63,403 nucleotides of DNA from Phoronis australis (lineage: Eukaryota; Animalia; Phoronida). The stretch spans positions 53,589 to 116,991 of the forward strand of contig NMRA01000861.1 in assembly GCA_002633005.1 (NCBI GenBank), written 5' to 3'. Within the stretch, counting starts at the first letter, position 1, and every line of letters begins with the position of its first letter. Shown piece after piece: positions 1 through 12,530 of this stretch. Under the pieces are notes generated by a model that saw only the letters and a list, made by a program, of their open reading frames with translations, was not told the DNA's origin and did no database searches. A program made the translations under genes and the position numbers.

Positions 1-673
1 CAAAAAACTTTAAATAACAAACATTTCATGGAGTCACCTAGCTTGCTTAATTGAATGACTAATCTACTTTGTCATTCTAACTTTAAAATTTTGCAAGTCA
101 ACCTATAAAAAAGCAATTTAATTTGCTTAATAAAGACAATTTTGATTTTGACTGACATCTAGTGGCAAGTTAGAACTTTATGAGCTTATTAAACTTGACA
201 ACAGGTGTCACTAAAAACTAGGTCACATCAGAACTCATGTTAGTAGTACTTAATATGTCTAATTGATATTAAAATCGGCATTGGTATTATTAAAGGAACT
301 TTTGATCTTTTGTTTGCTGCTCTTGGTCTGTCAAATGCTTTGGAGAAATTATGAGATGCATTGGTAGGAAAGCTAAACTTTGAAGTGTCTAAGAAGTAGG
401 TCACACCAGTGCAGTGTGCAGTTTTAAACCATATATAAATACCTCCAGCATGACCATGCTTATGGGTAGACAAAAAACAATGTCAATAACTGACATTCAA
501 CATTTGCGTCGAGTTTGGAATTTATAATGTGAACACTGGAGTTAAACCAGGCTTTACTAGACCACTGGTCTAAAAGTTAAACCACCTTAATAAAATGCAT
601 ATTATCTTTAAACCTCGTCCAAGTCCAGTTTACACCAAGTTTAAATTTAAACCACCTTTATGAAATCAGCTGC

Positions 674-1157
674 ATGTGTCTAAACTGGGGCAGTAAACAT
701 GAACACACGGCAAAGGACTTGTACAAAAGAGCAATGCAATTCAAACACACCAGTTTCAAGTTGGAGGAGCCAGGACTGACATTGTCACGTAATCATCACT
801 ACATTGGTTGTTCTGTGGATGGTGTGGCATCGTGTGTCATGGACTTAAACTTGTTGAAATAAATGTCCATTTGCTTTGCGGAATTCGCATCCAAAATCTG
901 CCTTGTTGTCCAAGGGGTGTTCAGATGACAATGGCCAACTGATTTGTCAGGCAAACTGCCAGTATTATGCTCAGAAACAAGGGCAAATGGGCATCTATGG
1001 TGCCAAATCTTTTGATTTGGTGCTCTTCACCAAGAAGGGCACTGAAGTTGTCAATGCAGCTTTTGATGAAATTTTTTTTAGTGAAATGCTAGGAAAGCTG
1101 GTGGCGTTTTATGAGTCGGAAGTTGCGACTCATTTGCAATTCTGGTCAAAGCCATGA
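674..1157 (+). pseudogene. YqaJ-like (lambda-exonuclease family) ORF remnant, frameshifted
   Basis: WGSKHE...PGL...HHYIGCSVDG in one frame, a GAAATAAATGTCCA (E-I/K-C-P) remnant at ~856-869, then YYAQKQGQMGI...DLVLFT; these match the YqaJ motifs SPDG / EIKCP / YY.Q.Q.QM. Confidence 0.75.
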
Positions 1158-1529
1158 ATGACCAGTGGTTACAAGAGGAGTGATGTAACTGATCATGTCA
1201 TTGTTACATTTATATTATAATACACGACTTAAAGCAGATGCAAATGTTTTATTTATCCATAGCACAACACTGAAATGTCAAATAAAAAATAGATAGCCTG
1301 AACACTTCTATTTCATAATATGCCTAGCAAATGTGCTACACAAAACTTATAACAATTTTTTCTATTCGGTTCTGTCATAAGATGCTCCTAGTTATTCTGT
1401 ACACTTGTGATATATGTTACTTATATATTTGCTATGCAATTCTGTTCAACAAGAAGTACTAAATGTTTTATGAGCTGAAGTTTCTCTGAGGAACTAATTT
1501 TGTGTGTTACGTAACACAAAGTTCATTTC

Positions 1530-2261
1530 ACTAATGGTGCATCTACATAGGTCAGAGCGGCGACAACAAAGAGTATCTAGTCCAGGACATTCTGAAGGGT
1601 GACTGGTACAACACCTGATAACAATTTATATTGTTTCAGTCTACCTATGACACATTCAACATGAATCCTTTCGCGAACAATTCTACCGGTTTTGGTAGCT
1701 GCTTTGTTGCTCAACTGTTGTCCATGAGTAAATGGGGGAATGTTGAGAGTTGCACCATGCAGTGCTAACAAGTCGCGTATAAAAAAAAACCCTGTCTGCC
1801 ATTATATCATCAACATATTCCACACGGTCTAGAAATCCTAATACTTCTGTTATTTGCCAATCAGAAATGCATCCAGTCCATAAACTGGAGACGAAGCAGA
1901 AGCCACCAGTAGGAGATATGCCAACTAAGGCTTTAAGACTATTACGGTGCTTATAGGACGACCATGTAATACGCTGTGAGGAAGGCAAACTGGGGCGTTG
2001 CACGTAGATTTCTGTGCAATCAATAATAGCCCGTGTTCTCTTGAAGTACTTAGATGAACTAGGAAGAGTTTTCCAAGTTTGATTTTTGTCTGGCCAAGTA
2101 ACAAGAAATTGCAACTCATGATAAAGCAAATTGATCCATATTGCAAAAATATGACTCACTAGAGATGAAGAAATGCCAAAAGAGTCAGCGATCATGTCTA
2201 CATCAGTAGCACGCCTCATTCGTACTAGTGTCATAACAAGCTCTTCAAAGACACTGAGCAA
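1530..2261 (-). pseudogene. Harbinger/ISL2EU DDE_Tnp_4 transposase core, frameshifted near 1785
   Basis: HTH (LVRMR..DMIADSFGISSSLVSHIF), IIDCTE, WSSYKHRN, GCISD, IMADR, RIHVECVIGRLKQY. Confidence 0.85.
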
Positions 2262-3207
2262 TCACATCATTGCTGTTTCGTTCTGGAGGTTGGCGAGCAT
2301 GACCTTCCCAGTAAGTCATTTTCTCAGCAGCGAGCATCACAATGTTGAAAACAAAATGTAGTGTAGCTAAAGTCAGACCTACAAAATGGGTAACATATGT
2401 ACATAACTCAAGTGAACAATAAACATCCGAATGCTCTATGTTAGTAACTTTTTAGTTGGAATATGACTCTTTAATAAGAGAACAAAAAACATCCAAATGC
2501 AAGTAAATTTTTTCAGTTGGTATAAGTCATTAACTGAAGTATTAGGCAAGTCACAAATAACATGGACAAGATCAGATCTTAAATATGCAAATTTATGAAT
2601 CAGTGCAGATAATTTTCCTAATGATGATTTTCATACAAATTGATAAACAAGTGTATTTTTATATCACAGCTATAATTACCAGTGTAAAATTATTTTGTTG
2701 TCTCGTAATTCTTTAATACGTCTTTCATGAATAAACTTCTCTTGAGCTTTCGAGTGCCCGACAACTCCTCATCGGTGTAATCCGTGAGATTGGGCAACGT
2801 GAAATTTGTTTGGCAAGCGGCTGAGCATGTTGCTGCAAAATAACCCACCAGATACAATACCTGGGATTATACTCTCTAGCAAATGATCATAAGCAAATGG
2901 TCTGGTATTACACAACTAGTAAATGACATCTAAACATACACAAATACAACAAAACAAACCAAAATGATTATTTGATTTTTTTCGCAAACACATTAATTTT
3001 TAACAAAATACTTACTTTTAACTGACAGTGTTTTGCATTGAGAGTCTTGGGTGGTTGTCACTACAGGATCGGGTTCTGCATCAGCACAGATTAACTCTGC
3101 ACAACTTGTGCTATAAAACAGCGAAGGTGATGCTCTGGCTCTTGTCAATCCGTAACAATGATCCATAAGATGAACAGTGTCAAGGGGGACTGCAATACGA
3201 CGCTTAA

Positions 3208-3540
3208 TTACAGGGCCCTCACGTTTTTTCGGAGCAGGTCTGGCCCATTTAGATAACACTCGATTGACCTCCATTTCAGTGACAGCAGCAGACTTTGGTC
3301 AGGGTGTTCTGCAGTCAGTCCTTTGCCCCCAACAAAGTGTTTCAAACAAATGTAAGTATATTTAGTCACATTTCCAACAGTGAAGTCTTTCCTACCACAT
3401 CTCCCGACCCACAGCTGGCACTTCGCAAGAGAAGACTTTGGTTTCGGGAAATTAATAAAGTAAACATCGGCCATGCCGTCCCGGTCGCTGTATCTCGAGT
3501 CACTGTTACAAGTTCCGTAACAGCAATGTTTCACGGGCAT
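3208..3540 (-). pseudogene. THAP zinc-finger N-terminus of the ISL2EU transposase
   Basis: MPVKHCCYGTC...FPKP...W...ICLKHF = THAP C2CH pattern. Confidence 0.8.
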
Positions 3541-4701
3541 TTCGCAGAGCAAAGTGAGTTAACACCATCCAAAAGGCGTAATTAATATTGGAAATTTTCA
3601 GTAATAAAGAAATGTTACACTGCGAGTACGTAGAACATGAGATTTATTAGTCACGGCTATCGACAACCGCAGCAAGTGGGACACGAGATCTACTATCAAT
3701 TCTCCCTACTCTGTCCCCCGTTTCCGGGCAGTTCTATATGCTCTCGTGTTTACACGCGTGATGTTGATACAACCCGCAAATGGTATATCTATACTGCAGG
3801 GCGTGACATCCAACTGTTTAATAAACCATAAGCTCAAATGACGATATTGAATGTTAACCAGTCACAGATTTGTCTGCATGGACTGGATTATTATATCGTC
3901 TGCTACGCCAGCCAACGCCAATCCACTATCACTGATTTATGTTTAGCAAGACGGTATCAATGGAAGTGTCGTTACACGAAATAGTTTCTTACGTCTACAA
4001 AGCTCAAATAGTTTTTGTTCTACGTTTGTCACTTCCTGGATAACTGAATTTTAACACTGTTTTTTGTACTCAAGCTCGACAGAGATCACACTATGCCGGA
4101 CAATTCATTGCTAAATTGTCTGGTGAAGTGTTCTTTACCCAAATACTTCCACTACAAGATGCTTGGGTTAAGGTCTTGTCTATGTTGTCTATGATGAGCA
4201 GACTGCACCCAAATACATCTATTTTTCAAATTTTGCCTGGGGAAGGTCTCCCAACCCCCCCCCATGGGAGGATCTCACTTCATCCCATACTCGCATGTGG
4301 TGCCGGGTTCCGCATACGCGTCAAGCATTCACCACCACGCTCCTTTCGAAACCCAGCTAATTGGGGGATCCCATTTCTTATATTCGCATGTGGCAACGGG
4401 CTTTGCACCCCGTTTAAGCCATTCACCACCACGCTCCTTGCAAAACCCAGGGGAAACACTGCATTCTGTCTACTTTCAGAAAATACATGTTTCCACGGAG
4501 TTAAAATCAATGCTTTTGTAGACATTTGGCTAAATGTACTGACTTATTAATAACGTGCTACATAACTTTAAAAGCCGTCAGTTAGTTATATATCCAGTGT
4601 TGTGATAACTCAAGTGTCTGGCAATACCTAAGGGGTGGTGTCTAACATAACTCAGTTAATTAAATGTCCAGTGTCGTGATAGCTCAAGTGTCTGGCAATA
4701 C

Positions 4702-4856
4702 CTGGGGGGTGGTGACTAACACAGCTCCATCAGGGTTGCAGCTACGTATGTTCTCCACCACTGAGATGTGTTCGTCTGAGGTGCCTGGCGGGGTGTCAAT
4801 GATCAGATAGTCAATGTCCCGCCAATAGACATCGTTGATGAACTGTTTAATCATGG
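4702..4856 (-). CDS. NUBP2: NUBP2/CFD1 (cytosolic Fe-S cluster assembly P-loop NTPase) internal exon
   Basis: (A)[29 protein letters not shown]...GAVLVTTPQ; flanked by ag/gt; 155 nt, phase fits the preceding exon. Confidence 0.93.
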
Positions 4857-5223
4857 CTGAAATCATGGAGAGACAAATAACACCTTCGTCATACTGAAAA
4901 CACTGCCACTACAATGAACTAGATAAACTTGTGAGTTTGTTGTGCTAAAAAGCATAACTTTTTCTATGATTGGAGGTCACTTCTGAAGTGAGAAATCAAT
5001 GTTTTTGAAAAGCTGCACATGTGTTTTTAATCACTATTTCCAGTTTATTAATACTTTAAAAATTACTGCTATTGGGAATTCCCATACATTAACCCACACA
5101 AAATTTATGCAAAATGATGATCACCAAAGTTAGGCCAAACCAAAGGACAAAATGATGAGTGAAACTTGCTGTTGGGTGGTCCATAATACATTTTACAGGT
5201 TCCTAAAAAATGAAATGCTCTCC

Positions 5224-7410
5224 CAAGACTCGACACAACGAGCTACAGGTAGCGTTTACGACCTGAAATTAGGAAATGCGAGCTGAGATTTTTGCCAGCT
5301 CGTAACAAGTCGCACTATGTGACCTGGAACTTCCAACGCTTCTCGGCAGATACCTGGCAAATATGAAACAAATTGTGTGAATCTGACCATTATTTGGTTG
5401 TTACCAAATGAAGTTCAAAAGAACACTAACCGAGAACAGTCCTCCCGATGACTTAAAGCATGTCGCGAGAACATGGGAAAATAGAGAATCGATCTCTGAC
5501 TCGTTTCATTGGCTAACATTTTCGGCTACTTTTGAAAAATTCCAAATGCGTCGAAGAAAGTTTAGGACCACGGTACGACACATCATAAAACATCACACAA
5601 TAGCGGTGTTTCTCCTTATTTTTAAACAATGGACTTTGAAACTTCATGGTGGAAAAACATTTATTTTTCACTTAAAATGTCCTTATTACCAAATATCCAT
5701 GACAATATTCCTGATATCGCACTAAGGCACTGGTCGGTCGCGTTGTAAGCACGCAAGCTACCTCGGCAGACGTTTCTGGGGATACGTGCGCAACAAATAA
5801 GTCGTCAGTCACATGTTGTTGCTAGCGTAAAATGTAGGCCTACTCCGGCGATTCAAGTGGGTGAACTCGCGCGTGCACATCACTCCAAAGCGGTACATCA
5901 AAACAGAACAGTTACAGTTTTAAATGTAAGAATGTATCGGCTTAGCTCTGTTAAGCATATGGGTGCCAATGGTTTATTTGAAGATGAACATAATAGATTC
6001 CCGTCAGTTATAAAAGACCCAATGTTTTACGATATTCCCTGGTCCGATGTAGCCCAGAACTGATATTTTCCTGTTCCTGCGCATCCGAATACGTCATTGA
6101 GCTTGGGCAATGTTTCCCGGATTTTTTCGACAGGATGTTTTTCAAACATCCAGTTAAGTTGCAAAGTTTCGGCTGCAAACAAAAAACTGGAGGGACCTTG
6201 AACTCAGTTAGTCTGGATCTTTAATGACAATCATGTAGCAAGTCAGACCGAGCAATACCTCTTCAACAAGAATTTCAACAACAAAAACTATCCCTTTCTA
6301 TCAACGGTTCTCCCATCGAGAATGTTGACAAGTTTAAGTACTTGGGCCTTACTTTAGATCCCAATCTTAAATTTAATATGCACATAGATCATATCACAAA
6401 GAAATTATCAAAGAAAATCGGTGTACTTAAACGTCTAGGCAAATTTCTTAATATCCGTACTCTTAAGACCCTTTACCATTCTATTATTCAGCCTCATATT
6501 AATTATTGTTTACCGGTTTGGGGGCACACTAGTGACACACTTGTAAACAAAGTCCAAGTAATCCAAAATAGAGCCGCCAGGGCTATCCTGGGTACTAAAA
6601 TTAGGGACACAAGGGTTGACGACTTGTACTCCAAGCTGGGATTTATGAAAATAAGACAAAAAAAATAAATATCTCTCTGCCTGTTGTATGTACAGATGTA
6701 TCAATGGCTTGGCTCCTGCATATCTCAGCAGTAAATTCAATAGCAGTCAGGCTGTTTATTCTACACGTTCTTATCTGTTGCTGGTAATGTTTCTTCTAAA
6801 AAAATTAAAACCGAGACGGGCAAGAGATCTTTTATCTATGCAGCTGCTATAATATGGAATTCTTTTAGCCCAGAAATTAAACGGTCCAATTCAATTACTA
6901 CCTTTAAAGTTAATGTTAAAAAGTGGCTGTAATTTACTTAACCTGTTATACCCTGCCTGTCTTAATCATGTCATTTTTTCATTGTCGTAAATACTCTCAT
7001 TGTCTAGAGTCATCTCTTAATTTATTTCATCTGTCTTAGTTAATTTTTTTACCATTATTTGTCATTTAGTTATTGTCTTAATTCTCAACCTTAACTGTTT
7101 TAATTGTATCTTTGTTACGTATATTTCATTGTTGTTTTATTACTTCATTGTATTATATTACTGTTTTTCTTGTTGAGGGTCCTCTTGGAAAGCAGTGCTA
7201 TCACTGAAGAGGCCACCCCCATTTTAAATATCACAATAATAAATAAATAAATTTCTTCTCTTTTCACATTGCAAACTTAGCTAGGTGTTAGTTAGAGAGC
7301 ACTGATTCAACTTAGCATTTATGAATGCGAGTTGGATTTTAAAAAAGCGGCCTGGGATTTTAGTTTGGTCACAGAATGCCACCTGGCGATTTTCATAGCG
7401 TTGAGTCCTG
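5224..7410 (+). mobile_element. Non-autonomous TIR element (CAGGGTTCGAC-type ends), older copy, interrupted by a LINE
   Basis: Ends caagactcgac / gttgagtcctg; direct repeat TCTCC on both sides; colinear with the 58748-61237 copy. Confidence 0.75.
6280..7250 (+). mobile_element. 5'-truncated CR1/L2-group LINE: C-terminal ORF2 remnant, 3'UTR and (AATA)n tail
   Basis: KYLGLTLDPNLKFNMHID...LYHSIIQPHINYCLPVWG...IQNRAARAI; GC stem-loop at ~7176-7220; aataataaataaataa tail. Confidence 0.85.
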
Positions 7411-7897
7411 TCTCCCTTAATAAAGCACTTCTATTAAATATTACTTCTAAGTCTTAGGTTTCCATAAGCATCCAGTTATTTTAAAAAACAAGAGCCCTAG
7501 CCCAATTAAGGTTAAAATTACCCTGAATTTCCCAGATTTCTGTGAAACTGCCAAGAATGTAATTCAGGAGGTTCCTGGAAGTGTATCAACACTGCAGTTT
7601 TTGTATGTCTGACTACTTGAACAACATGGCTTACACACTCGTGATGCACTTAACTCCGCACTCATGAACCTGTAAACTCAGTTCACTGACTCACAAGTAC
7701 GATCCTACACAGTTTACACACCAAAAAAAGCACAGATCCTGGACCACAAATGTGGCACAGACATACAAACATGGCTCATGGACTTTTCAGTAAGTCAGGC
7801 AAGTGATTCTTAGTGAGCCATGCTCTTTAGGTGCGCAAGTCGTGTTTTACGAAAGCTAGGATGTGTTTGTAAGCCAATGAGTGAGTTGTGTTGTTAA

Positions 7898-9065
7898 AGG
7901 AAAATGTCACCCGATTTAATTAAGTCTTTTTTACCGTCCTAATCGGTTTATATCCACATCGCCTCGCATACAGTCGACCTCAACTTGCTGAGAGGTGTCG
8001 TGTTAACCTGTGAGGAAGGTGAGAAACGACGCAGCGATGTCAGTGGTTCGTCTGCAGAGTGACTGCCTCTATATTGCAGTGCATCATTCCCGTTTGTTCG
8101 AATTATGAAGCTGCGAAGAAAGTGGGTACATCATGTTTTCGACTTCCTCGAGAGCCCGAAATGCTTAGGAAGTGGCTCGCGGTAGTGAAGAATGAAAGGT
8201 ACGCTGTTAATAGCAAGTATGAGGCCGTGAAACATCTCTGTGTCTGTGGCCAGCATTTCGTCGACAGTGATTTCTCTGATGAATTCCGGCTTACCAAAGA
8301 ACTATCCATACGTTCCGTTGCCTGTGCATGTTCATGGCGCCTCTCTACTATTTCTTGATCAGTGTATTCCGGTTCAAACTGATAGCCTGTGAAACCTAAC
8401 GGTCTGACCCGTGAACTCTTTGTCGGATGAGCTAAGTCGGGATTGGCGCCAGACGAGTTGCCATGTAGACGTTTATTATTCTGCGTTCTGTGTCAAAATG
8501 AATTATTCTCATTCTAACCAACGAGTATTTGAAACTGAAACAAATACAATTTGTAATGCCTTTGCAGTATCCGTGAGTGCAAATGTTGAGATGCCAGCAT
8601 TGAATAAACCACTGCGTTACCGGTAATTGACCGGGCACCGAGGCCGTGAGCGCATGCTAATTCAGTGTTGGCCGACAGAAAGCTGTTGTGAAACAATTAC
8701 ACGATTTTGTATGCTATGGTCACATTTTAGGGGAATCTTTATTTAATACAAACACGGTCTGTGGAAGAACCCGACTTCGTGGCCCCCAACAAGTAAGTAG
8801 ATTTTCAGTTTCGTGGCTAATTCACATAAATAATTACGTGTACATTACTTCTTTGGCTCACCATTAGTCTTTTCGTGACTGGAGGTTTAATTTCCAACTC
8901 AAGCTGCTTTATGTTCGTGCCAGTCCCGGAGGCCGAGACGGGCCTGATCGGGTTCAGAGCTACTGGCCGGGATAACGAGTCAGTCTGGCCGCGACGCACC
9001 TGATTGCCCAGGGTTTCGAGCCACTGGCCAGGATAAAAAGCTTTTTGTGGGTTTTGAACTAAGGA
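7898..9065 (+). mobile_element. Kolobok-like non-autonomous element family A, truncated copy with THAP remnant
   Basis: TTAA followed by AGGAAAATGTCACCC; ORF 8059-8358 CIIPVC...LP...W...VCGQHF; homologous to 24445-28509 and 50806-52726. Confidence 0.75.
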
Positions 9066-9139
9066 AGCCTGTAGGTCAAAGATTGAAAATTTAGAATCAT
9101 TTAAAACCTATGGCTTGTCATGCTGGAAGAAGGGGTTAC

Positions 9140-9249
9140 CATTTTTCTTGGGTCCTCTCCACACAACAGCATCGTCCTTCTGGCTTAGCAGAAACCTGAT
9201 AGACATTATACCAAGAGACTGGTCTTTGTCAGTGTACACAGGCACCCAT
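9140..9249 (-). CDS. NUBP2: NUBP2 internal exon
   Basis: [36 protein letters not shown]; ttcag acceptor, gtaacc donor; 110 nt. Confidence 0.93.
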
Positions 9250-10168
9250 CTGAAGAAAAGGGAATACAGAATCATCATACAACGGCTTAAAGATTGTGGG
9301 TGCAGATCTGGGGCTGACATGTGACTATTACGTTGGGACACACATGTACTTCAGTGGCAAATGATTTTCTTTTTGACTCTGTATTTTTAGAGGGAATATG
9401 CGTAATTCACCACATACTCTTGCATTTAAATTTCATTGCATGCTTTGGGGTTATTGATATAAGCACTGCAACAAGCGGTGGTAAAGTCATGTGGACCAGA
9501 CAGGTTACAGGTTACACAACATCGATTGGAACAAAAAAATAAAGTAATGAGAAATTTGAATATTCCATGATAGATTTAAGTTCTAAAGTATGCAGAGTCT
9601 AAAATTGTAGGGAATAAGTTACCACAAATAACCCTCGGTTTTTGAGGAAAATGGTCTGTGTTACCTGATCCCAAAACAAAAGAAGGCAACTACAAAAATC
9701 CAGGCTCTGTGGTAAGTGGCATTCACAGGTGCTGGATGGGGAAAAATGCACTGTAACACCTAATTCTTAAATATATAACTTAAACGGGTATTTAGCCACA
9801 GTTTAGAAGGTAATGTTAAATTCGGCTTTGAGGTTTAAAAACGTTACCACACTTGCCTACCACAAATTGTGACTAAATGAGCTGGCAACAAGAAATGCAC
9901 ACATGGGCCATTTTCAAAATCCCGATTTTACAGTTGGTCTTATTATACTTGTTGGAAAGTGAAATCAAGTCCTACCATGGTACAGAATATTACAAGATCT
10001 ATTTGACAAGCTTAATTTATGTTTCGTTTTTTGGCAGCCTAACACTGGGAAAAACTGTTTTGAGACTTGTAGTTATCTAAACTGAACTTTGTCTTTGGCG
10101 GCATTCAAATAGTACACACATTCTCGCTTTAAATCTGCTAAGTCTCATTAAAATGGAATAATTTAGCA

Positions 10169-10278
10169 ACTGACAGCCTACTTCCCTAAGACTGACAGCC
10201 TACTTCCCTAAGACTGCCAACCTACTTTGCAAAGACTGACAGCCTACTTCCCTAAGGCTGACAGGGTACTTCCCTAAG
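10169..10278. repeat. Minisatellite, 5 x 22 bp (ACTGACAGCCTACTTCCCTAAG)
   Basis: Head-to-tail units read directly, no spacers. Confidence 0.9.
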
Positions 10279-10354
10279 GACTAGAACTCTAGACTACATT
10301 CAATTAAAGGATAAATCATTTAAATTTAAAAACCGTGAACAAAGTGAGTCTAAC

Positions 10355-10443
10355 CCTTCCGAACACTGGTGAACATCTTGTCCATCAACTCCCAACATCT
10401 TAGGAATGCTTGGTCCACACAGATCAACATCTAACAAACCGAC
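10355..10443 (-). CDS. NUBP2: NUBP2 internal exon
   Basis: Hand translation [29 protein letters not shown](G); ttgcag acceptor, gttag donor; 89 nt. Confidence 0.93.
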
Positions 10444-10729
10444 CTGCAATGAAATAAATGTGTAATTTCACTTCAGACTACTGACAGCTTTCACTGAAAC
10501 TTCAATTTATAGTAACACAGGCAGTACGGTTGCCAATATCAAACATTTTACATACAACTCTTTAACATCGTGAAAGCACTAAAGTGGCACCCACTTGATC
10601 CAATTTCAAAGTCAGGGGGTCATGACAAATGGATTTAACAAAGACAATATATAACCTTCAACCAGGGACATCATTGCCGAAGTCATTAGATCATCCCACA
10701 GAACAATAACGACAATTACAAAAGAATTT

Positions 10730-12010
10730 AAACAAGAGCAACGCGGAGCATTGAAATGCGCCCATGAATGCACTACAAATGGTGTGCTTTTAGGGTTGTT
10801 TATTTGTATCATCAAAATGGAAACTAGATGGTCCAAAAACATACAATCCATCCAAAAACAGGAACAAGCCATATTTCAAAAAAACCGGCAAGGAATTTCA
10901 GAGAAACAAAGGAAAACAGAATAAAATGAAATTGCCACTAGTGGGCACAGTGTCCACTGGATTCGCCTGAAAGTGGTCGTCGTCTGTTGTTATCTTCATA
11001 TAAATACACTTACTAAATTTAGTAAAGATCCTTCAGTGGGTTCAAGAGATACAACTATGGGCGCAAAACAAAACTACCACTAGGAGGCGCCACAGTAATC
11101 AGTCACCATCATCAAAGGTCGTCTTCACACTGAGAACATATATGCCAATTTTCAAATGATTTGGTTGATACAGGGATGGACACCAAAAACAAGATTTGAA
11201 CACAGCAAAAGTGGCCACAAGGTGGTGCAAAATACCTCGATTCCATCCAAAAACAGGCAGATAGCATCATCACACCAATAGATGCTTATATTTAAAACTT
11301 TATGAAAATCCGACTTTTGAAGATACAAAGGTAAATTTAAAAAAATAAAATTGCCACTAGGGGCACAGTGGTAGTCGGATCTGTCCAAAAGTTGTCATCG
11401 ACCGTTGTTAACATCATGTAAATTTACTTACTAAATTTTGTAAAGATTCTGCGAATGGTTTAGGAGATACAGCCATAGGCGCAAAAAAACAACTGCCAAT
11501 AGGAGGTTACACAGTTGTCAAAATCGTAGGAAAATCATCGTAAACCATCCTCTTCATAGTAAGCAAATATATGCCAATTTTCACAATCATCCTGTGAGCG
11601 GTTTGGTTGACAGAGAGGTGGATGCAAAAAAAAACAGACTCGAAAACGGTAAAAATGGCCACTAGGTGGCACAAACTATATCGAATCCATCCAAAAACGG
11701 GACGATAGTGTCATCTCACTAATGGGTGCCCTTTTACCACATTTTATGAAAATCCATTCAGGACTTTTGAAGATACAGAGGTAAATGTAAAAAAATTAAC
11801 TGCCACTAGGGGGCACACTGGTAGTCGGATCCGTCCGAAAGTTCGCTCATGCCGTCCCATTCATAAATGGAACATATGTGCCAAATTTCATGAACTTATG
11901 TCAAAGGGTTTTGGAGATAGAGCAGCGAACGCTGGACAACGGACGCCGCCCGGACGGACGGAGATGACCGCATAATGCGTCCATGTATAAATATGTGGGC
12001 GCATAAAAAT
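10730..12010. mobile_element. Helentron-like non-autonomous element (HINE/DINE-like) with internal ~420-450 bp tandem units
   Basis: AAACAAGAG end with ATGCGCCC subterminal motif; opposite end has GGAC microsatellite, hairpin ATGCGTCCA...TGGGCGCAT and an A run; unit tgccactag.gggcac at ~10933, ~11352, ~11801. Confidence 0.6.
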
Positions 12011-12046
12011 GCTATGAATTCCAACTACTCTAAATCTCAATTCAAG

Positions 12047-12530
12047 CCAAGTTCCATTTGGCGACCTGGCAACTCCGTGAAATTCGTCAGAAGTCATGCG
12101 AAAGTAACATGCTCTACTCGCAGTATCTTACGTGTACCCTCGCAAATTCTCCTGTAAATGTGTGTAAAATCACTGTCTAACTCAAGTCCTCCCTTCCTCC
12201 CAACACCGAACCAACATGCGACACGGACGATTGCATACACTGGTGGTGCGGTGTATTTCACCGCCTTGTACTATTTTTGTTGGACAACTCCGACTTCTGT
12301 CTGTTTACTTCCAGTCGTAATTTAAGCGTGGGTTTGACATGTGCTGACTGCTTTGGGTGCAAATGCACTGATTTCAGAAAATAAACGAAAGCATTGTGAA
12401 TCAAAGGTAATGAATATAGGAAAGCCGTTAAAATGAACTTTGAAACGAACTAAGGGAGAATTAATGTCCGACTTTGATGATCACAGTGGCGACTTCCGAT
12501 TTTTACCAGGTCGCCAAACACAACCTCTGG
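12047..12530. mobile_element. Possible MITE
   Basis: Inverted repeat TTTGGCGACCTGG (~12057) / CCAGGTCGCCAAA (~12506); no TSD found. Confidence 0.35.

Larger units (their letters stand above)
670..3790 (-). mobile_element. Degenerate ISL2EU-type (PIF/Harbinger-related) DNA transposon; boundaries approximate, left end not seen
   Basis: THAP plus HTH/DDE_Tnp_4 transposase pieces on the minus strand converge on a YqaJ exonuclease piece on the plus strand, the two-gene layout known for ISL2EU. Probably lies in a NUBP2 intron. Confidence 0.75.

Noticed and set aside
10169-10278. CRISPR array
   Set aside because: Units are contiguous with no spacers
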